From: a virus
Lineage: Duplodnaviria; Caudoviricetes
IMG/VR virus record: IMGVR_UViG_3300026484_000545
Location: 1 to 64,000 of that record
Reading direction: 5' to 3' (one strand)
DNA length: 64,000 nucleotides
Below are positions 57,050-64,000 of this stretch, one piece after another. The position numbers and the translations under genes are program-made. The notes beneath the pieces were generated by a model that saw nothing but the letters and a program-made list of their open reading frames with translations, searched no databases and was not told the origin of the DNA. Every line of letters begins with the position of its first letter. Positions within the stretch are counted from its first letter, which is position 1.

Positions 57050-58600
57050 ATGAATAAGTATCACCAGATTATCCACGAGTTTATTAAAAACACAGATATT
57101 GCAAGAAATAATGCAAATTTCATCAGATCTCTCCCAGCTCTTGAACATGTAGTTGTCGGCGAGGTTATGAAAGACTATCTCTTTAATCAAATTTACAAAG
57201 GGTTACCAGTTAGAGAGCATCACGAAACTGGTTGGACTTACCATCATCAAGCATTTAAATTATCACCTTACTGTATTGGACTCTCTGCAAAAGATGTTGC
57301 ATTTTATGGTTTGAAATCTAATGCTAAAAATGCTAGAAATGGTAAACCTCCAAAACGTCTCGAAACTCTTTTTATGCAATGTGCAAATTTAATTTGTTTG
57401 ATTGCACAAGAAGTATCAGGTGCAACTTCATTAAATGACATTAGTACAGTTGCTGCAGGGTATTTATGGTATCTTGAAACAAATGGAATTAAAACGTACA
57501 CAGATTACGAGTTGATTAATATCTGGCAAGAATTTCTTTTCAACATAAATCTTCCATTTCGCTCAGGCAACTCTCCATTTAGTAATATAACTCTTGAGTT
57601 TGGAAAACCAAATAAAATTCTCGCAAAACACAATGTAATTTACGCTGGAAAATTACTTGATAAGACTTATTCTGAAATTCCAAGTGAGTATTTTGATAGA
57701 ATTAACGATGCATTTATTGAGGCAATGAAAATTGGTGATGGAAATGGAAATCCGTTTACATTTCCACTAATTACAGTAAATATCACAGAAGATTTTGATA
57801 GAAATAATCCAATTTGGAAAAAGCTACTTAGAGAATCAGAGTACTTCGGTGGATTTTATGTGCAAAACTATCTCAAAAAGCCATTTCTTGAATCTGAATA
57901 TAAAAAATACAATCCAAATATGAGACCGTTTGATGAAGACATGATATATAGTAATTGTTGTAGAATGCTATTTAATGTCTCCACAGTTGAAGCAGTTACA
58001 GGAAGTAATCCTTTTCACTCTGGAGCAGGAGTTGGTGGAATAGGTGTATATGCAATAAACTTAAACAGACTCCTATTTCTTGCAAAAGACAATTTCGAGC
58101 TTTTGAAGGAGATGCTTTCCTATTTAATGGAAATTGGAGCAAAAGCATTACAGAGAAAAAGAAAATGGATTATGCAACACTATGAAGACTTATATCCATA
58201 TCTTTCATTTTATCAAAGAACAGATAAATCCCTCTTCAATATCTTTTCAATTGTAGGTGGACATGAAGGTATGGTTAATGCAGGATTCAAAGGAGGGCTT
58301 GCAAATCCTCAGGCAAAAGAATACGCTCACAAAATCTTACAATTCATTCATGAAAAACTTAATGAATTCATGGAAAGAGATAAGGTTTTATATTCACTTG
58401 AATATGCTCCTTCAGAAAATGCCGCAGTAAAACTTGCACAAAAAGATTTACAATTTGCATATCAAATTGCTCAACTTATAAACAACAATCAAAAGTGTAC
58501 TCTATTTCATGATGAAAAACTCAATGACTTTGTAAATAGAGCAATAGAAATCCATGGTGAAAAAATATTTGACATACCAGAGGGAGTAGTGCTAGAATGA
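57050..58600 (+). CDS. nrdD: Anaerobic (class III) ribonucleotide reductase, N-terminal fragment
   Basis: NNANF, HETGWTYHH, SPYC, QEVSGATS, PFSNITL, PFTFP, YSNCCR finger loop, LEYAPSEN; lacks the glycyl-radical domain and ATP cone. Confidence 0.9.
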   Translation: MNKYHQIIHEFIKNTDIARNNANFIRSLPALEHVVVGEVMKDYLFNQIYKGLPVREHHETGWTYHHQAFKLSPYCIGLSAKDVAFYGLKSNAKNARNGKPPKRLETLFMQCANLICLIAQEVSGATSLNDISTVAAGYLWYLETNGIKTYTDYELINIWQEFLFNINLPFRSGNSPFSNITLEFGKPNKILAKHNVIYAGKLLDKTYSEIPSEYFDRINDAFIEAMKIGDGNGNPFTFPLITVNITEDFDRNNPIWKKLLRESEYFGGFYVQNYLKKPFLESEYKKYNPNMRPFDEDMIYSNCCRMLFNVSTVEAVTGSNPFHSGAGVGGIGVYAINLNRLLFLAKDNFELLKEMLSYLMEIGAKALQRKRKWIMQHYEDLYPYLSFYQRTDKSLFNIFSIVGGHEGMVNAGFKGGLANPQAKEYAHKILQFIHEKLNEFMERDKVLYSLEYAPSENAAVKLAQKDLQFAYQIAQLINNNQKCTLFHDEKLNDFVNRAIEIHGEKIFDIPEGVVLE

Positions 58601-58683
58601 TAAGCAAAATTCTATTTGTATTGGGAGTTATAGTAGGTACACTATTTGCACTTTCGCAGATTTTATTTTCACGCAAAAAATAA
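58597..58683 (+). CDS. 28-aa single-TM peptide (MISKILFVLGVIVGTLFALSQILFSRKK)
   Basis: ATGA overlap with the nrdD-N stop, GGGGAG RBS; below the ORF-track cutoff. Confidence 0.55.
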   Translation: MISKILFVLGVIVGTLFALSQILFSRKK

Positions 58684-58707
58684 ATAGAAAAAGGGAGTAT
58701 TATAGCT

Positions 58708-59406
58708 ATGTATTTGGATAAAGAAACGATTTTAGTTGCCGATTACATTGTAACTTATAAAGACGAACCAAATACTGCATCGCTTCTATTTCACATTCCT
58801 GGTTTAATTTGCAATCTAGATTGCTATAAATGTCACAACAAATATTTTTCAAAGCAAAACAAAAAACCTTATTACACTTACAATGAACTCAAGGATATTC
58901 TAAAGAAAGCAAAACTTATGCAAATTGAGTCTATTATAATTTCAGGAGGAGAGCCAACTCTCCTCCTCTCTCCTTTAATTGAACTTCTGGAGTTTATAAA
59001 GGATTTCGGTTTTAAATTTATCAGAATTGATACAAATGGTACAAAACCTGATGCAGTAAAGTATTTACTTGAAAAAGCGCTTGTAACTCATTTTGCAATT
59101 GATGTAAAGATTCCACTGGATGTAGAAAATAGTCGATGGCATGAAAATTTAGAATTATGGGATCAAGTTTTATTTTCAGGTAAAAAGAAATTTAGTGAAG
59201 TAATCGAATATACAATAAATCTTAAGCAAACCTTTGAATATCTTAGGCTAGCAAAAAACTTGCTAAAACGAAGAATTCTATTGAGAACTGTAAAATACCC
59301 CCAATATACCCCACATATTCTAGATTGGATATATCAGAATATTACCGAACTTGAATTTCCATATGAATATCAGGTTAATCAGTTTTATGAACCAGAAAAA
59401 CTTTAA
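58708..59406 (+). CDS. nrdG: Class III RNR activating enzyme (radical SAM)
   Basis: CNLDCYKCHN, ISGGEPT, IDTNGT, AIDVK, RT. Confidence 0.9.
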   Translation: MYLDKETILVADYIVTYKDEPNTASLLFHIPGLICNLDCYKCHNKYFSKQNKKPYYTYNELKDILKKAKLMQIESIIISGGEPTLLLSPLIELLEFIKDFGFKFIRIDTNGTKPDAVKYLLEKALVTHFAIDVKIPLDVENSRWHENLELWDQVLFSGKKKFSEVIEYTINLKQTFEYLRLAKNLLKRRILLRTVKYPQYTPHILDWIYQNITELEFPYEYQVNQFYEPEKL

Positions 59407-59430
59407 GAAAATCAAGGAGGAAACGCAGAA

Positions 59431-59946
59431 ATGGTAAAGCCAAAAATGTTTGTATCAGGTTCTGTTGATGGACAAAGAGTATTCTTAACCTCTGGATTTC
59501 AAGCGCCATCTTCAGCTCCATTATTTGAGCAAATAGATGTTGCAGCACATTTTCAATCTTACGCAACAGGTGGAGCAATTTTGCATCTTTTTACAGTTGA
59601 AAATTTAAGCGAGAAAGAACAAGAGGATTTAATCTTCAGAATATTTGAAAACTTCCCAGTGCAATATATGACTAAAACTCCATTTTTAACTGTATGCAAC
59701 GAATGTGGACATAAAGCTGTAGGATTACATCATGTATGCCCAAATTGTAGAGGAACAGATGTTACGCTCTACTCTAGGCCAATTGGATATTTTAGACCAG
59801 TATTAAGAAAAGAAATATCTGCAGACTTATCTGATGCTCGCTTTAAATTCTGGCTTGACGGTAGAATTGAAGATTTTAGAACCAGATACAGAGTAAGTAA
59901 AAAAGACGTTGAAAGTATTGTTGAAGAACTCTCTTCTATCTCCTAA
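59431..59946 (+). CDS. nrdD: Class III RNR C-terminal fragment (Zn ribbon and glycyl-radical loop)
   Basis: FLTSG, QSYATGGAILH, TKTP..TVCNECG...CPNC, YSRPIGYFRPV; own AAGGAGG RBS. Confidence 0.9.
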   Translation: MVKPKMFVSGSVDGQRVFLTSGFQAPSSAPLFEQIDVAAHFQSYATGGAILHLFTVENLSEKEQEDLIFRIFENFPVQYMTKTPFLTVCNECGHKAVGLHHVCPNCRGTDVTLYSRPIGYFRPVLRKEISADLSDARFKFWLDGRIEDFRTRYRVSKKDVESIVEELSSIS

Positions 59947-59956
59947 GTCAACGAGT

Positions 59957-59994
59957 AAAAAAGGATCCTCCCCGAAAAGGGGAGGATCCTTTTT
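59957..59994. terminator. Bidirectional terminator
   Basis: AAAAAGGATCCTCCCC-GAAAA-GGGGAGGATCCTTTTT between convergent genes. Confidence 0.9.
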
Positions 59995-60000
59995 GTCTTG

Positions 60001-60378
60001 CTAAAATAGCGTAAGTAAACTCAAAATACAGAAAATAGTATTTCCAACAAGCGCTGCAAAGTATGTAAATGAATTTGGATAAACAAGTGCAATTGTGAGA
60101 AGCAAAATTTGTATAGAGATTAATGTAAGTGCAAGTTTTAGTTTTGTAAGCAGTTTTTGAAAACGAATCATACTGTTAAAACTTGCGTCTTGTAAGGTTT
60201 TAGTGTTCTTTTCAGTGATTTTTCTTAATAATGCTAATGCTTGTTTTAAATCCGAAATTTCGTGGTGTAAAGTATCTGTACTAGTTTCAACATGTTTTAA
60301 AGTACTATGAATCTGCGCAAGTAAGTCATTTTGAGATTCAATTAGACGATAAATACTTGGTTGGTTTTCGAAATTCAT
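60001..60378 (-). CDS. Coiled-coil protein with two C-terminal TM segments
   Basis: Heptad pattern followed by two hydrophobic stretches; AGGAGG RBS. Confidence 0.7.
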   Translation of the reverse strand: MNFENQPSIYRLIESQNDLLAQIHSTLKHVETSTDTLHHEISDLKQALALLRKITEKNTKTLQDASFNSMIRFQKLLTKLKLALTLISIQILLLTIALVYPNSFTYFAALVGNTIFCILSLLTLF

Positions 60379-61352
60379 GTCCCTCCTTCCTGTGCTGCTT
60401 TTTTAATACCTTCCTCAAATTTAGACAACCATTGGTCTAACATTTTCATAACAACGTCTTCCTCGTCCTTTAATTTTTTTGGGAGGAATAGAGGTTCTAT
60501 CAGCATTTTAGAGATAACGGCTCCAAAAGTTTTCCAAGCAACATTTATAATAATTGCAACTAAATTTAGTTTAGCTTTTTGTAGCAGATAGATTATTAGT
60601 TCGATGAGAATATCTAATCCTTCTACTGCAGTGTATGCATAAAGTGGCGATTGTTTTGGATTTGGTTCAGTAAAAATATTTCTTCCAAATTTTAAAACGT
60701 ATTCTGCAACTGCACTATAAAGTATAGCATATTTTCCTAGTTCAGCCTGAGCCGATTTCTGTAACACACTACGTTTGTAGTACTCAAGCAACGTATTAAA
60801 AATTTTACGTCCAATATATTGCAAGAAATATGCAAGTTCAAGTTTTAGCATACGTAATGTATGTAGAATTACATGTTCAGTTATAGTAGGAACCCATGCA
60901 AAAGGAGCAATTATAGCTAAAGCTAAATCTCTAAATGCAATATCAAGGTAAGCATATTTTACTGCAAGCTCGATATCAGTTGTTTTATAGCGATTAAGTA
61001 GACGATTTTTGATTGGAGGTATTTTATCAACGAGTTTTGCAAGTAGTTTTAAGTATGTACGATAAAAGTCTTCAATTTTTTTACTTACTGCTAGAAGAAG
61101 GAGACATACAATGATAACGAATTTTTCAATGATATTTAGATCTGCCAAATATGAGGCAACGATGAGGGCTTTATCTAGACGTCCAAGTTTTTCGATTTTC
61201 TTTTGTAGTTTTTGTAAACCTTCTTCTGTAGTCATCAATTTTCTGATTTCTTTAGATGTCCAACCTGCCAATTTTTTATCTCTTAACGCTTTGGCAATAA
61301 CTTTACTACATGTAAAACAAAAACGATTAAGTTTTAATAATGCTTCGCTCAT
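60375..61352 (-). CDS. Hydrophobic helical hypothetical protein (325 aa)
   Basis: Several Ile/Leu/Ala-rich segments; GAGGT RBS. Confidence 0.7.
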   Translation of the reverse strand: MSEALLKLNRFCFTCSKVIAKALRDKKLAGWTSKEIRKLMTTEEGLQKLQKKIEKLGRLDKALIVASYLADLNIIEKFVIIVCLLLLAVSKKIEDFYRTYLKLLAKLVDKIPPIKNRLLNRYKTTDIELAVKYAYLDIAFRDLALAIIAPFAWVPTITEHVILHTLRMLKLELAYFLQYIGRKIFNTLLEYYKRSVLQKSAQAELGKYAILYSAVAEYVLKFGRNIFTEPNPKQSPLYAYTAVEGLDILIELIIYLLQKAKLNLVAIIINVAWKTFGAVISKMLIEPLFLPKKLKDEEDVVMKMLDQWLSKFEEGIKKAAQEGGT

Positions 61353-62814
61353 ATTCTCTTACCTCAATGCATTCTTTGAACATCAAAAGTTTTTGCATTG
61401 ATTTTGGAAGTGGAATATTATACTTTTCAAAGTAGTCTAAAATAAGATGCGGATCTACGTAGTATTTAACAGCCGTCGTCCAAGTAGGTTTTTCATTGTT
61501 AATATGTCCTAAAGTTTTTCCTACATCAAGCATAACCTGTTTAAAGTATTTTAGATGCACTTTTGGATCGTCTATATTTTTATATGGATTTTCTTCAAAA
61601 AGATATTTGTATGCTATAGCTGAACCCTTTAGATGTCTGAATTTATGTGCAGTAATTGGTAGCCCAATTCTTTTACGTAAATAATCATTTAATTTCTGGG
61701 CTTTGAATGTAAATACTCTTTCATTTGGCTTTTTGTTTTTAATAAGCTCTTTTAGGTATTTTACAAGTTTTGGATCGTCAATGATATGAGTTTGTATAAT
61801 TCCTTTTTTACCAGGATAACGAATTACACATTTTTTATTGTCACATTTTATATGCTTGCGTAATATTGTAACTAAACCGAATGTATCCTTTGTTTCAGTA
61901 CCAATACGTGCAGCAGTTTGATAAAGTAGCTCTGTTGCAAGAGCCATTTGCTTAATTATCGGATCTTTTGATTCTAGATCCTTTAACCAGCGCCTTCTAT
62001 ATTTTTCGATGTTTTTAAGTAGGTACTTTAGTTTTTCAGTGTATCCTTTGACAACGCGTTTCTTGTAATCTTTTGTATAACAGAATTGCCAGGATTTACC
62101 ACCGATAGGTCTAAATTTTAAAACGTAGCTATCGTCTTTTTCAGGATTGTAGTCTTTGTTTATTTCAATTTCAACGTGAATTAAAGGAATATTACAGTCG
62201 AGTTCCTTTTTGGTTTTACATACATATAGTTTTAACTGCGCGTCGATACAAATTAAATTGGTATCAACTAAAACTGGAGGATAACCCAGTTTTCTAAGTT
62301 CCCTATTGAGCGTCTGAATAGAAATATACTTCCACTTATACTTATGAAACAGGTATTGAATTGCGTATTTCAATTTTTTAACGAGATCCTGTTTTAATTG
62401 CATATACTCAGGTTTTAGTTTATGTTGAGCCAGTTTCTGAATATCAACTTCACCCTCTTTACTTGATGAGTCTATTTTTTGGGCAATTGAGTATAATTGT
62501 TTTTGTAGTCGTTTTATAACATCAGGTTTCGGAAACTTTTCGCTATATGTTAACTTATACGTTTTTAACAAGTGAATTAGTTGTATGATTGTTTCTTTGT
62601 CATATATTTGCTTACGATGTATTTTGTACAGCAACTCAACGATGTTGTATAAATTATATTCGAATTTACAATTTTTACGAAAACTGGATATGGCTGCTTT
62701 AAATTCTTCGTCGTTGAGTTTTGGTTCAGTTTTAACTACACAAAATCCTGAATTTTTACAAATATGATAAATCAGATAATGAATTAGATGCTTACCTAAC
62801 GTCTTGCATTGCAT
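61327..62814 (-). CDS. DNA topoisomerase IB
   Basis: Catalytic residues in order: AARIG (R), YPGKKG (K), HKFRH (R), GH (H), AVKYYVDP (Tyr nucleophile). Confidence 0.85.
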   Translation of the reverse strand: MQCKTLGKHLIHYLIYHICKNSGFCVVKTEPKLNDEEFKAAISSFRKNCKFEYNLYNIVELLYKIHRKQIYDKETIIQLIHLLKTYKLTYSEKFPKPDVIKRLQKQLYSIAQKIDSSSKEGEVDIQKLAQHKLKPEYMQLKQDLVKKLKYAIQYLFHKYKWKYISIQTLNRELRKLGYPPVLVDTNLICIDAQLKLYVCKTKKELDCNIPLIHVEIEINKDYNPEKDDSYVLKFRPIGGKSWQFCYTKDYKKRVVKGYTEKLKYLLKNIEKYRRRWLKDLESKDPIIKQMALATELLYQTAARIGTETKDTFGLVTILRKHIKCDNKKCVIRYPGKKGIIQTHIIDDPKLVKYLKELIKNKKPNERVFTFKAQKLNDYLRKRIGLPITAHKFRHLKGSAIAYKYLFEENPYKNIDDPKVHLKYFKQVMLDVGKTLGHINNEKPTWTTAVKYYVDPHLILDYFEKYNIPLPKSMQKLLMFKECIEVREYERSIIKT

Positions 62815-63120
62815 TTAAAATTCTTTTCTGATTCTAATTCCGAGTTTCTTTTCGCAGTTATTTTTACGATATAATTCCGCAGCTTTCTTTGCGATATCAA
62901 AGTAGTGATATTCGCTAGCTCTTAAGTATGCTGCAAATAATAATCCACAATGATATTTACAGTCATCAGTCATAACTGGAAATGCTAAATCTTCAGGTCT
63001 TAAAAAGGCTTTTTTACCACATTTTTTAAGTAATTGCTTTCTCCAAGTTCTAGTATGCACTTTTTGTTGTAAACTTGCAGGAATAATATCGGTTCTAACT
63101 TCAAGTAGTACTGAATACAT
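62815..63120 (-). CDS. Small basic Cys-containing protein (101 aa)
   Basis: GGGAGG RBS; motif KKCGKKAFL.P....FPV....C....GL.AAY.RA. Confidence 0.7.
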   Translation of the reverse strand: MYSVLLEVRTDIIPASLQQKVHTRTWRKQLLKKCGKKAFLRPEDLAFPVMTDDCKYHCGLLFAAYLRASEYHYFDIAKKAAELYRKNNCEKKLGIRIRKEF

Positions 63121-63212
63121 GGTAGCTTCCTCCCACGTTGAGTTTATGTAATTTAAAAAACAAAACGATTATTTTAGATTTTCACTAAATTAAAAGAAGG
63201 TGGTTATGGAGG

Positions 63213-63662
63213 ATGTATGATATCAGGTATCCATTTGAAAAGCTAACAACAAATGATAATATTTATTGTGCAATTATTGGATCAACATTATGGATTAAAT
63301 GGTATGATAACGTTATTAGCTTAGATTCTGATTTAAATTCCATTAATCGAACTACGCTTCCTAAATACATTCGACTATTTTTATATTACCTTGACAAATA
63401 TACGCTCCACGCGTTTTTAGAATACTTGATCCAAAATAACTTCGTGTTTCTATTTGACTTTCAAAATTTACAAGGATTTATTGCAAATGAATCATGTCAG
63501 TGTTTATTTAAAAACAATACTGCAACTATAAATAGCTATTTACCTGCAATGTTTATGTTTTATCATAAGTTTCATACGCGAAAAGTTCATAAGAAAATTT
63601 TCTACAATCATCGTTCGGATATTAATCTGTTTAATAGGTTTTTTAAACAATTACGCTCATAA
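63213..63662 (+). CDS. Hypothetical protein (149 aa)
   Basis: GGAGG RBS. Confidence 0.6.
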   Translation: MYDIRYPFEKLTTNDNIYCAIIGSTLWIKWYDNVISLDSDLNSINRTTLPKYIRLFLYYLDKYTLHAFLEYLIQNNFVFLFDFQNLQGFIANESCQCLFKNNTATINSYLPAMFMFYHKFHTRKVHKKIFYNHRSDINLFNRFFKQLRS

Positions 63663-63676
63663 CTGGAGGTACTGAT

Positions 63677-63871
63677 GTGTTATACAAGGAGATATGTGAA
63701 GAAATTGCAAACGAATTAAATACTAGCTCAAATCAAGTACGATTTGTAATTGATCGATTTTTCGAAAAATTGCTTGAATTATCTTCGCATAATGTAGAAT
63801 TTGAAATTCCAGGATATGGACGTCTTAGAACGTTAAAACGAAAAAAATATATTGAATTAAAAGGAGTGTAA
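63677..63871 (+). CDS. HU/IHF-like DNA-binding protein (short)
   Basis: KEICEEIANELNTSSNQVRFVIDRFFEKL...FEIPGYGRL matches the HU helix1-helix2-GFG pattern; arm truncated. Confidence 0.65.
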   Translation: MLYKEICEEIANELNTSSNQVRFVIDRFFEKLLELSSHNVEFEIPGYGRLRTLKRKKYIELKGV

Positions 63872-63873
63872 TA

Positions 63874-64000
63874 ATGGCTACAAAAGCAGTAGGAAACTGG
63901 ACTAACGCAGAGTATCGTAAGATTAGAGCATTTTTAACCCTCGCCCTATTTAAACATGATGGATCGTATACTAAATTTGCAAGAAAATATGGTGTAAGAA
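63874..64000 (+). CDS. Partial ORF (MATKAVGNWTNAEYRKIRAF...), possible HTH protein
   Basis: AAGGAG RBS; open to the window end. Confidence 0.55.
   Translation, partial: MATKAVGNWTNAEYRKIRAFLTLALFKHDGSYTKFARKYGVR

Noticed and set aside
1778..62767. Many 60-134 aa antisense or alternate-frame ORFs inside long genes (e.g. 1778-2050, 12526-12795, 18870-19253, 45216-45620, 55748-56047)
   Set aside because: Shadow ORFs of strongly biased coding strands; no RBS or motifs.
1..64000. Alternative genetic code or tRNA/rRNA genes
   Set aside because: Standard-code ORFs tile the window densely and all three stop codons end genes; no cloverleaf or rRNA signature noticed by eye (tRNAscan not run).

Overview
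This 64-kb, AT-rich window comes from a jumbo tailed phage. A GH108 endolysin plus i-/o-spanins point to a diderm bacterial host, and the class III RNR and unusually long GC-rich terminator stems suggest a thermophilic anaerobe (inference). The window encodes two multisubunit RNA polymerases. Set 1 has an unsplit beta' and a 1411-aa beta interrupted by an 826-nt group I intron; set 2 has an unsplit beta' and a beta split in two. It also carries a candidate sigma-like subunit, a terminase, neck and tape-measure-like genes, and a T4-like replisome (clamp, clamp loader, primase, SF2 helicase, RecA). Family B DNA polymerase is split into two genes about 5 kb apart, with a UDG domain fused to the N-half. 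Further genes include stand-alone LigD-type phosphoesterase and AEP primase-polymerase, an ATP-dependent ligase, topoisomerase IB, an IS607 element (tnpA + long tnpB) and a split NrdD with NrdG nested between the halves. Three signals look least ordinary. (i) A ~1.5-kb near-noncoding region (52630-54110) folds into many long + strand helices with G.U pairs and includes two small-RNA-like units with identical 5' ends. (ii) The group I intron carries a non-nuclease ORF clamped by a 14-bp inverted repeat that looks like a circularly permuted terminator. (iii) A stand-alone degenerate intein sits directly upstream of an RNAP gene. All family calls are from motif recognition by eye; no searches or folding programs were run.
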